This document shows positions 36,280-44,339 of a stretch of DNA of 48,000 nucleotides, piece by piece (the first letter of the stretch is position 1; each line of letters starts with the position of its first letter). Location: positions 1-48,000 of the forward strand of contig CAZMIT010000002.1 in the NCBI GenBank assembly GCA_964566495.1. Reading direction: 5' to 3'. The translations under genes and the position numbers were made by a program. Below the pieces are notes generated by a model. The model did not search any database. It saw nothing but the letters and a program-made list of their open reading frames with translations, and was not told where the DNA came from. This DNA comes from an uncultured bacterium (GTDB lineage Bacteria; T1Sed10-126).

Positions 36280-37206
36280 ATGAATTACAAAACAACTCTA
36301 TCGCTTCTGCTAACCGTAACTCTTGCTCTCTTTCTCGCCGGCTGTCCGACCGAGGAGGAGCCCCCCGAAGTTTATGAAGAGCTGGGTATAGATGGAGAAG
36401 AACGCGTGGTAATTGAATACGGTCACGTGCCCTCTATCTCTGCTTCCGAAAGGCGGGCGGAGTTGCGTCCGCTTGAGGAGTATCTGGAGGAGAATTTGCC
36501 AGTAGAGTTCAGCATAAATTTTGACAGTGATTACGGTTCAGTTATCGAAAAAATAAAAGAGGGCGAGTATAACTTCGCTACTTTTGGTCCCATGTCTTAC
36601 GTGGAAGCGGCCCGCGAGAAGGCGGTAACTCCGGCGGTAAAGCCGCTCCGCTTTGGTGAGGAAAGCTATAAATCTCTCCTTCTTGCACACGAAGACTCCG
36701 ATATTTATGAACCCGAAGATTTTCGCGGCCGAAGTTTTGCTTTTGTCGACGAAAAATCAGCTTCCGGCTACCTCTTTCCCTACGCTTTTCTCAAGGACCA
36801 GGGAATAGATCCTCAGGCGGATTTGGGCGTGACCAGTTTTCTTGGCGGTCACACTGATGTTGTTGCTGCCGTCTGGTTGGAAAACTACGCCGGCGGCGCT
36901 GTCTATGACGACGCTCGACAGGATATGGACAATCCCGAGCGCGTTATCGAAAATACCCGCGTGGTTGCTAAAACACCACCGATTCCTAACGAACCCTGGG
37001 CCTTTCGGGCAGAATTTGTCGAGCAATATCCGGAGCTGGTTGAAGAAATAATCAGTCTGCTGGTCGGGCTGGAAGATGAGGGCCCAAGCGGTAAGCGCAT
37101 TCTTGACAGCCTCGGGATTAGCGGTTTCACCAGGGCTGAAGATGCTGATTACGACGTTGTGCGTGATCTGGAGGATTACCTGCCCGAATTCGAGGAAGAA
37201 CTGTAA
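36280..37206 (+). CDS. PhnD-like (phosphate/phosphonate-type) periplasmic substrate-binding lipoprotein
   Basis: 308 aa. Lipobox LALFLAGC. Blocks recalled from PhnD-family binding proteins (ATFGPMSYVEA, SASGYLFPYAFL). Very acidic. Confidence 0.75.
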   Translation: MNYKTTLSLLLTVTLALFLAGCPTEEEPPEVYEELGIDGEERVVIEYGHVPSISASERRAELRPLEEYLEENLPVEFSINFDSDYGSVIEKIKEGEYNFATFGPMSYVEAAREKAVTPAVKPLRFGEESYKSLLLAHEDSDIYEPEDFRGRSFAFVDEKSASGYLFPYAFLKDQGIDPQADLGVTSFLGGHTDVVAAVWLENYAGGAVYDDARQDMDNPERVIENTRVVAKTPPIPNEPWAFRAEFVEQYPELVEEIISLLVGLEDEGPSGKRILDSLGISGFTRAEDADYDVVRDLEDYLPEFEEEL

Positions 37207-37213
37207 TCTCTTA

Positions 37214-37269
37214 CCCCACCGCCCCATCGCCCCACCGCCCCCTCGCCCCATCGCCCCACCGCTCCACCG
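37214..37269 (+). repeat. tandem octanucleotide repeat, 7 units of CCCCAYCG-like sequence
   Basis: CCCCACCG CCCCATCG CCCCACCG CCCCCTCG CCCCATCG CCCCACCG CTCCACCG, in the 75-nt gap between the binding-protein stop (37206) and the kinase ATG (37282). Confidence 0.9.
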
Positions 37270-37281
37270 TCGGTCTACCCC

Positions 37282-39237
37282 ATGTTACCTGACAAACTGG
37301 CTGACAGTCGGGCGACTGGCCTGCTCTCCTTCTTCGGCTATTTTCTTGCAATCCTGGTTCTCTTTGTTTTATTTTCCCATTTTGTCCCGGTTGTCGACGA
37401 GCTGGTCGGCTGGTTCTGGCTTGCCTTTTTTCTCTTTTTATTTTTTGTGCTCGAGCCGCTCTACCGCCGTTTTACCGATCGTTTTGAATATCACGTGCTG
37501 GTCCTTGAGTTTTACCTGTTTAGCGTCTACCTCGTCCATCTCTTTTTCCCCGAGCTTGACTACGTCCACCTTTTTTACTTGATCCCTATTTTTTCGGCCG
37601 CTTTAAGTTTCGGCCTCCTCGGGACAATGCTTACAGCTTCCGCGGCTTTTCTGCTTGAAACTGTTCGTGTTTCACCCCCCTGGGCTTTTGAACTCGAGGC
37701 CCTGCAGCCAATCCTTCCCTCAATTCTACCACTTTTCATCCTTGCCCTGTTGCTCGGTTTTACGGTCGAGCTAAAAAATTACACACAGCGCCAGCTTCTT
37801 AACCGGCTTTCAAAAATGGATACTTTTCAGGCACTGCGGCGGGTTGTTGACACCACTGGTGAATTATTTCCCTTTACCAAAGAGCTGCTGCAGACGGTTG
37901 TGCAAATTTCGGAAGTTAGCGGCGGGATGTTTGTCGAGAGCAAAGCGGAAACCATCGTTGTCTCTGTCAACCTGGAAGCGGAAGAAAAAGAACAACTCTT
38001 AAAAGCCCGGCGGGAAGAGCTTGATAGCCACAGTGGCAGGGAAATATATCGAATTAAATTACCCTGGGCCGAGAAATCTTATGAAATGGTACTCTGGGGC
38101 TCACGTCTGCAGGGCATTCTCAAGCGGGCCGAGCGAGAGATGATACGCGCCCTGGCCATATACCTGGAGCACTTTGTTGACAACCTGCGCACACAACACG
38201 AGAAAGAACGGGCCTACCGCCTGCGCGAGGCTTTGATTGAAGCGGTGCCCCTGGGTATCGTTGTCACCGATAACCGCGGTGTTGTCGTTGAGATCAACCG
38301 CCACGCCGGCGAGCTGATCGGACTGACGGCGGCGGACGTGGTCGGTTGCCGGTTTGAGGAGGTTTTTAATTTTTCTGAAGACGAGATTAATCTGGCTGAA
38401 GTTCGTTGTGAAACGGAACTGGTTGTTGAGCGTATAGATTGTGAGACAATTCCGGTAGATCTATCAATTACTGAGGCCGAGTTTGGTCCCGGCCAGGCGG
38501 GCCAGTGGATAGTTGTCTTTTCCGACTTGCGGCCTCTGAAAAAACTACAGGAACAGGCCGAACGCCGCCGGCGACTGTTGGCCCTGGGTGAGTTTGCGGC
38601 CGGTATGGCTCACGAGATCAGAAACCCGCTTGGCAGTCTCTCCGGCTTTATTTCTCTGCTTCAACAGAAGGTTGAAGCGCTGCCGGGGGGAACCGACGTT
38701 GAAAAATTGATCGAGAAGATTAGAAATAGCTACAATCGGGTTGACGAGCTGGTAGAAAATTTTCTGCTCTACGCGCGTAAACCGGAAATTGAGGTTGAAA
38801 AAGTCAACCTGGCAAAATTCCTTGAGTCCTGGATTGCCGATATAAGTCCCCCTGAAGGCATTAGTCTGGAGACAGATTTCAGTGATCTCGATGGATTTGT
38901 GACCGCTAATCGCTCGCGCTTTCGCACGGCGCTTGACAATTTAATTCGTAACGCCGCCGAAGCTACGGGCGGCGAGGGCACGGTGCGGGTGGAAGCCCAC
39001 TCCCGGGGAAATGAGGCTCTGATCGCGGTTGAGGATGATGGCGAGGGTTTTGATCAGCAGCTACTTGAGCGGGCTTTTGAACCTTTTGTCTCTGGCAAAG
39101 AGGAGGGGCTGGGACTGGGACTGGCAATAGTTCACCGGATAATTAGCGAAGAAATGGACGGAGAGTTGGAACTATCGTCCCCGGCTGGAGAGAGGACGCG
39201 AGTCACGATTCACTTGCCCCTGCAACCACAAGATTGA
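37282..39237 (+). CDS. membrane sensor histidine kinase, PilS-like architecture (multi-TM N-terminus, PAS, HisKA, HATPase_c)
   Basis: 651 aa with about six hydrophobic helices in the first ~170 aa and no large periplasmic loop. H-box GMAHEIRNPLGSL; NLIRNAAEA, DDGEGF, GLGLGLAIV. No Shine-Dalgarno visible upstream (C-rich repeat instead). Confidence 0.85.
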   Translation: MLPDKLADSRATGLLSFFGYFLAILVLFVLFSHFVPVVDELVGWFWLAFFLFLFFVLEPLYRRFTDRFEYHVLVLEFYLFSVYLVHLFFPELDYVHLFYLIPIFSAALSFGLLGTMLTASAAFLLETVRVSPPWAFELEALQPILPSILPLFILALLLGFTVELKNYTQRQLLNRLSKMDTFQALRRVVDTTGELFPFTKELLQTVVQISEVSGGMFVESKAETIVVSVNLEAEEKEQLLKARREELDSHSGREIYRIKLPWAEKSYEMVLWGSRLQGILKRAEREMIRALAIYLEHFVDNLRTQHEKERAYRLREALIEAVPLGIVVTDNRGVVVEINRHAGELIGLTAADVVGCRFEEVFNFSEDEINLAEVRCETELVVERIDCETIPVDLSITEAEFGPGQAGQWIVVFSDLRPLKKLQEQAERRRRLLALGEFAAGMAHEIRNPLGSLSGFISLLQQKVEALPGGTDVEKLIEKIRNSYNRVDELVENFLLYARKPEIEVEKVNLAKFLESWIADISPPEGISLETDFSDLDGFVTANRSRFRTALDNLIRNAAEATGGEGTVRVEAHSRGNEALIAVEDDGEGFDQQLLERAFEPFVSGKEEGLGLGLAIVHRIISEEMDGELELSSPAGERTRVTIHLPLQPQD

Positions 39238-39332
39238 AGGTACTTGTTTAGCCCGGTCCTGACAAAATATTCCGAGTTTCGTCATCTCGGGCTAGTGCTT
39301 GGTCACAGTCGAAAATGTGACTGCTTCTGGTT

Positions 39333-39645
39333 GTCATTCTCGTGGAAGCGGGAATCCAGTGGCGTTGAATTTCTGATGGTCTAAAGTCAAAGTCACTGGA
39401 TTGCCCAATCAAGTTGGGCAATGACGATCGTTAGGTCAGGTTCGTTCTTGAACTTGACGTCATCCCGGCCCCCGAGCCGGGATCCATCTTGAACTTGATC
39501 TTGATTTTCGGTCTTGCGCCTCTTCGCCCGTTCGCAAGCTCGCCTCTTCGAGCTCTCCCCCCGAGGGAGAGGACCCGGCCTCCGAGCCGGAATCCATCCC
39601 CCCTTTCCTTTTCCCCCCTTGAAGGGGGGGAAGACAAAGGGGGGT
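39333..39645. repeat. mosaic array of hairpin modules between the kinase and regulator genes
   Basis: GTCAT-hairpin-ATCCA copies at 39333-39372 (+), 39384-39425 (-), 39459-39493 (+) and 39572-39597 (+, 5' truncated). TTGAA/TTGAT periodic stretch 39488-39510. CTCTCCC/GGGAGAG hairpin 39553-39571. Nested C-run/G-run hairpin 39596-39645. Confidence 0.9.
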
Positions 39646-39698
39646 GCAAGTGAGAAGTAAATTAGAGAGCAAAACAATTCAAAAACGGAGGAAAAACA

Positions 39699-41033
39699 AT
39701 GTCCAATCAGACGGTTCTTGTCGTCGAAGACGACGAAATGATGCGCGATTTTCTCTGTCAGGCACTTGAGACCTACGACTACCGGCCTCTTGCTGCTGCC
39801 GATGCCAGGGCTGGCCTGGAGCTCTTCCGCAGCGATGCCCCCGACCTGGTTGTTGTCGACATTCGTATGCCCGGCGCCTCTGGACTTGACTTTCTCGACG
39901 AGCTGCGAAACGAAGACCAGCGCGTCCCCGTCGTCATGGTTACCGCCTACGGCGACACCGACACAGCCGTCACGGCTCTCCGCCGGCAGGCCGACGATTT
40001 TTTACAGAAACCGTTTGAAGCAGAGGAATTTATCCAGGCGATTGAGCGCCAGTTTAAAAGACAGAAGCGCACCGATCTGGCCGCCCGGGCCGACAGCTTT
40101 AGTCTCGTCTACGAGAGCGAGCAGATGCAGCAACTTGTCGACTACGCCCGCCGCATTGCCCCTAAAACCGATCCCGTCCTGATTGAAGGTGAGAGTGGCG
40201 CTGGCAAGGAGGTCTTCGCCCGCTTTATCCACTACCAGGGTCCCCGCGGCGAGACCCCGTTGGTTACCGTCAACTGCGGCGCTATCCCCGGTGAGTTGCT
40301 GGAAAGTGAACTTTTTGGTCACACCGAGGGCGCTTTTACCGGCGCCAGCTCCGACCGACAGGGACTCTTTCAAACCGCCGATGGTGGCACGGTTTTGCTT
40401 GATGAAATTGGTGATCTACCGCTTGAACTTCAGTCTAAACTTCTGCGCGTCCTGGAAAACAATCAGGTCCGTCCCGTTGGAAGTGACAGCTCAATTTCGG
40501 TCGACGTCCGCGTTCTTGCCGCCTCTAACCGAGACCTTGAGTCGATGGTCGACCGCGGTGAATTTCGTGATGACCTCTTCTACCGTTTGAATGTCTTTGC
40601 GCTGCGCGTTCCACCGCTGCGCGAACGACCAGCCGATATACCCGTTCTTGTCCGTTACTTTTTAGACCAGATGGGTCTCGATCTTGAAATATCGGCGTCG
40701 GCTCGGGAGCTGCTGACTGCTTACAACTGGCCCGGGAACGTTCGCGAATTGAAGAACTTGCTCCGTCGCCTCCAGGCTCTCGACGTGGGGACAGTTCTGG
40801 AACCGGAAAACTTACAAGCAGTCGGGCTTACTGCGTCGGAAAGTGATTTCGCTGAAGCAGGCTTCGATTTCCCCCCGGACCCCGACCTGGATACAATGCT
40901 TCGCCAGTTAAAACGTCGTTATATAGAACAGGCGCTGGAGCAGACCGGGGGCAATAAATCAGCCGCCGCCGATCTGCTCGGCATGAACCGCACCACCCTC
41001 GTCGAAACCATCAAACGCCTGGACCTTGATTAA
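39699..41033 (+). CDS. sigma-54-dependent response regulator, PilR-like
   Basis: REC (DLVVVDIRMPG), Walker A GESGAGKE, GAFTGA (GHTEGAFTGA), C-terminal HTH (NKSAAADLLGMNRTTLVETIKR). GGAGG RBS. Confidence 0.9.
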   Translation: MSNQTVLVVEDDEMMRDFLCQALETYDYRPLAAADARAGLELFRSDAPDLVVVDIRMPGASGLDFLDELRNEDQRVPVVMVTAYGDTDTAVTALRRQADDFLQKPFEAEEFIQAIERQFKRQKRTDLAARADSFSLVYESEQMQQLVDYARRIAPKTDPVLIEGESGAGKEVFARFIHYQGPRGETPLVTVNCGAIPGELLESELFGHTEGAFTGASSDRQGLFQTADGGTVLLDEIGDLPLELQSKLLRVLENNQVRPVGSDSSISVDVRVLAASNRDLESMVDRGEFRDDLFYRLNVFALRVPPLRERPADIPVLVRYFLDQMGLDLEISASARELLTAYNWPGNVRELKNLLRRLQALDVGTVLEPENLQAVGLTASESDFAEAGFDFPPDPDLDTMLRQLKRRYIEQALEQTGGNKSAAADLLGMNRTTLVETIKRLDLD

Positions 41034-41182
41034 CCAATTCTCTTCCTTAACTAAACTCTCTCCCAAAAGCCCCCTCTGTATATACATTGATCACAGAAGC
41101 CGATAAATAAGTCCTTCAGTATTTACCATCTGAATGGACCTGAAACTATTAATTTATCACCAATTAAATTTGATCAAGATAA

Positions 41183-41611
41183 TTACCCGGGCAGTGCGAT
41201 CATGCTGAAGACCATGACAAACAGGGCTACGGTCTCAACAATACCAACGACCATAATATAGTTACCGAAACCTTCGCCTGTTTCACCCAGTGCGTCTGAG
41301 GCCCGCGCTCCAGCTTTGCCCTGGAAAAAGGCGGAAAAGCCCATCGCTATTCCAGCTACGCCCCCCAGGATTAGCGGAAACCAGACCGGCATTTCAGCCC
41401 AGGTAGCGTCCAGTATGGCGTCACGCAGGATCATCCCATAAATTGTCTGGGTCAGGGGAGCACCAACAAAAGCTATGATAATAAAGGGAGCGGCTCGATT
41501 TTCGGCGTATGCTTTCTTCCAGGCGCCGATTGCCGACATCCCCGCCACCCCCGTCCCAATCGCAGAACCAATAGCCGCAAGCGTCAGCGACAATCCTAAA
41601 TCACCTAACAT
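41183..41611 (-). CDS. atpK: V-type ATPase proteolipid subunit K (four-helix c-subunit)
   Basis: 142 aa with four hydrophobic helices. PLTQTIYG, FFQGKAG and VETVALF contexts. AGGAGAAG RBS. Confidence 0.85.
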   Translation of the reverse strand: MLGDLGLSLTLAAIGSAIGTGVAGMSAIGAWKKAYAENRAAPFIIIAFVGAPLTQTIYGMILRDAILDATWAEMPVWFPLILGGVAGIAMGFSAFFQGKAGARASDALGETGEGFGNYIMVVGIVETVALFVMVFSMIALPG

Positions 41612-41757
41612 AACAACTTCTCCTTTCTAAAATAGTTAATTTTTTTAAAAAGTTATTCACAAAATCAAACAGAATTTTAAAAGCATTTAGTAACTGTTTA
41701 GTATTTCCCCGAGTAATTTTGGGAACGTATACCGTTCCAGGGTTTGATCTAACGACC

Positions 41758-41825
41758 GTCATTGCGGGCCCTGACCCGCAATCCATTTTTTCCCCCCTTC
41801 GTTTTTCCCCCCTTCAAGGGGGAAA
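41758..41825 (+). repeat. composite GTCAT-hairpin-ATCCA plus C-run/G-run hairpin module inside the V-ATPase operon
   Basis: GTCATTGCGGGCCCTGACCCGCAATCCA (41758-41785), then TTTTTTCCCCCCTTCGTTTTTCCCCCCTTCAAGGGGGAAAC (41786-41825). Plus orientation, while the flanking genes are on the minus strand. Confidence 0.85.
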
Positions 41826-41871
41826 CGATAAGGTGAGTAGTTACCATTTATTTATCCGTGCTTATCTCTGT

Positions 41872-43704
41872 TTATCCGTGTCCCAGGTCTCTCTTCCCAC
41901 CAAACGGATTATACCTACTTCCCGTCCACTGCATACCAACGTGATTAGAAAATTCCAGCATATTCAGTCGAATACCGTGGACTACAATTGACATCAAACA
42001 GAGGATCAAATTCAAGCCGTGGCCCAGGACCAGTATTACGGCTCCAATGATAACAGCAGCAATTATATTGTCGACGCCACCGGCCGCTTCCATCGCAATT
42101 TCGTTAAAACTCTCCATAATTACCACGGTCGCCAGGCCGACAGCAAAAAGCCGAATGTAGGAGACAATGTCAGCAAAGGCACTAATTATATCCATCGGCA
42201 GGTTGCCCAGCGTAAAGGCAATCCCGGACCAGAACTCACCCGGCTTGAAGTTTTCAAAAAGTAAAACTAGTATTGCTCCACCGCCAATCGCGACTCCAAG
42301 CTGACCGTAGGATACGTATTCGCCTACCATTTCTCCACCTAACACTAACTCATCGGCGACAAAAAGCATTGAGCCGACAATTACCACCCAGCCGGCTTCC
42401 GCCAGCGCCTGGGGTTTGAAGAGCGCTTTGAGTAGCTGCATCAGGTGGCCAAGCATTAGTTGTGTACAGCCGATAGCAAAGGTGATAAACATGAGCAGCG
42501 AATCGTTGTCGGCAAAGGTCCGGATTGGTTCAACAATAATTGAGCGCAGGACCGGCACTTCCTGTAGCTGTTCAACTCCAAAGATAGTCCCGGTTAGCAA
42601 TCCCCAGATAATTGTTGATATACTCAATATGTAAAACAGCGTGAAAGTTTCGCCGGGAACATTGTCGCTAAATTTTTTATGAGCAAAAGCGGTTAGACCG
42701 AGGTAGATGAGTCCGTAAGCAGCGTCGCCAACAATCAGTGCCACAAAAACAGCGAAGAAGGCGAGGAAGGCCGTGCTTACATCAAATTCGTCGTAACCCG
42801 GCAGGGTTCCCATAAAACGGTAGATTGGATCAACCAGCCGGCTGAACAGTGAATTCGAGAGCATGGTTGGAACTTCCCGGGGGTCCGCGGGATCTTTTAT
42901 CAGATAGCCCCACCCACCGCGGGCGGCAGCTTCTTTCAGGGAATCAATCTCGTCCACCGGGCAGAAACCGCGCAGGTAACTGATTTCGGTCTCCGCTCCC
43001 ATACCGCTTCGCACTCGAGCAAACTCCAGATCCTCCTCAAGCTCTTTCTTGTAACTCTCTATGGTTTCAATACTATTGCTTAATTTTATCAGCTCTGATT
43101 TGATTGCCGCGATTCTCTCCCGGGTCTGTTCATACTCGGCTTCAACGACTTTGAACTCTTCCTCAGGTGGTTTTTCTTCTTTCAAATCCAGCGACTGATC
43201 CTGGTCTTCAGTAACCAGGGCCAGGTAGACCCGGCTGGCGCTCTCGTTTATTTTGTAAACGGGAAGATCCTCGGGCAGCTCCTCGTAGTAACTTTTACCG
43301 GCTTTATAAAGGCGGACGTAGACACCGCGTCTCTCAAGCGTCTGCAGGTCGTCGCTGTCGATCTTTCCCCAGGTGTCATACCACTTCAGTAGCTCCCGCT
43401 TCTGGTCGAGCTGATCCTGGAGATCAAGCTTTTCTTTCTGCAGCTCAAGGACTTTCTCTACCAATTCAGCGCCCTCTACGTTGAAGCCCGACCCGGCCGT
43501 TTGCGCCTTTTCCTCATAATCGCTCAAGATGTGAAGAGCGCTGTTCGCCTGGCGGATTTCTTCTTCTAACTCGCTGACCTGTCGGGACTCAGGTGGCTGA
43601 ATATTTTCGACGTGTAAAATACCGAGTTCTCGCAGTTCTTCAAGCGCCGCGTCTCTGCTGTCCGCAGAGACAAAAACGGTAACTTCCTTCATGTCAACTA
43701 TCAT
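41872..43704 (-). CDS. atpI: V-type ATPase subunit I (stator/a-subunit)
   Basis: 610 aa. Soluble coiled-coil N-terminal half, polytopic C-terminal half with LRLFAVGLA-type arginine helix (YIRLFAVGLATV). TAATG overlap with atpD. Confidence 0.85.
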   Translation of the reverse strand: MIVDMKEVTVFVSADSRDAALEELRELGILHVENIQPPESRQVSELEEEIRQANSALHILSDYEEKAQTAGSGFNVEGAELVEKVLELQKEKLDLQDQLDQKRELLKWYDTWGKIDSDDLQTLERRGVYVRLYKAGKSYYEELPEDLPVYKINESASRVYLALVTEDQDQSLDLKEEKPPEEEFKVVEAEYEQTRERIAAIKSELIKLSNSIETIESYKKELEEDLEFARVRSGMGAETEISYLRGFCPVDEIDSLKEAAARGGWGYLIKDPADPREVPTMLSNSLFSRLVDPIYRFMGTLPGYDEFDVSTAFLAFFAVFVALIVGDAAYGLIYLGLTAFAHKKFSDNVPGETFTLFYILSISTIIWGLLTGTIFGVEQLQEVPVLRSIIVEPIRTFADNDSLLMFITFAIGCTQLMLGHLMQLLKALFKPQALAEAGWVVIVGSMLFVADELVLGGEMVGEYVSYGQLGVAIGGGAILVLLFENFKPGEFWSGIAFTLGNLPMDIISAFADIVSYIRLFAVGLATVVIMESFNEIAMEAAGGVDNIIAAVIIGAVILVLGHGLNLILCLMSIVVHGIRLNMLEFSNHVGMQWTGSRYNPFGGKRDLGHG

Positions 43705-44333
43705 TATTTATTTTCAGCCGCCTCGGCCTGTTTGGCCTCTTTTTTGGCTTTGATCTTGTCCTTGGCTATCTTGCCGCGGACTACCTCGGCTGTCTGCAGG
43801 TCGTCGAGGTAGATCTGGATTTGTCTGATATTTTCCTTCGCCTCGGGGATCTTGACCTTCTCAAATAGATTTATCCGCTGGATTGTTATCCGTAATTCCT
43901 CCTGCAGCGCCTCAATTTGCCGTTCAAGCACAACAATTTTGCCCCGCAGTTCAAGTTGTTGCTTGATCTCTTTTACCGCGGCATCAACCCAGAGTGGTGT
44001 CGAAAAGTAATCATAATCATTTTCTTCAAAAGTTACTTCTTCAAAAGATTCGGTGTCGACACCGGCCACGTTGTCGGGGTAGGTTTTTATTTCGTCAAGA
44101 GCTATGAACTCGGTCAGGTCTATATCCTCGGCCATGACTCCGGCCCACTCAGAAACTTCTTGTTGACGACGCTGGATTTGAGAACGAATATCTTCAATTT
44201 CTTTTTCCAGGCTTCTAATTACCGAAAGAAGCTGCTTCTTCTTCAACTCCAGGGTAGGGAGGAAGCGCTCAAACCGTTCAAGATTTTCCTTCTGTTTTTT
44301 GAGCTCTGTCTTTGTCTTACGAACTTTGGCCAA
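43704..44333 (-). CDS. atpD: V-type ATPase subunit D (central stalk)
   Basis: 209 aa, long coiled-coil, N-terminal KTELKKQKENLERFERFLPTLELKKKQL. TTG start. Sits between B and I. Confidence 0.8.
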   Translation of the reverse strand: MAKVRKTKTELKKQKENLERFERFLPTLELKKKQLLSVIRSLEKEIEDIRSQIQRRQQEVSEWAGVMAEDIDLTEFIALDEIKTYPDNVAGVDTESFEEVTFEENDYDYFSTPLWVDAAVKEIKQQLELRGKIVVLERQIEALQEELRITIQRINLFEKVKIPEAKENIRQIQIYLDDLQTAEVVRGKIAKDKIKAKKEAKQAEAAENK

Positions 44334-44339
44334 TGGTCT

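Noticed and set aside
37076-37582. 168-aa plus-strand ORF spanning the SBP end, the 8-mer repeat and the kinase start
   Set aside because: It is out of frame with two well-supported genes. Its proline-rich middle (PHRPIAPPPPRPIAPP) is simply the translated CCCCAYCG repeat.
39393-39677. Three overlapping minus-strand ORFs (94, 72, 70 aa) in the kinase-regulator gap
   Set aside because: All three frames are open only because of the low-complexity repeat mosaic. The peptides (PPFKGGKGKGG, KIKIKFKM) are repeat translations.
41034-41182. Short pilin gene or sigma-54 promoter downstream of the PilR-like regulator
   Set aside because: No start codon with an RBS followed by a hydrophobic prepilin N-terminus in any frame that I could read, and no TGGCA-N7-TTGC-like motif.
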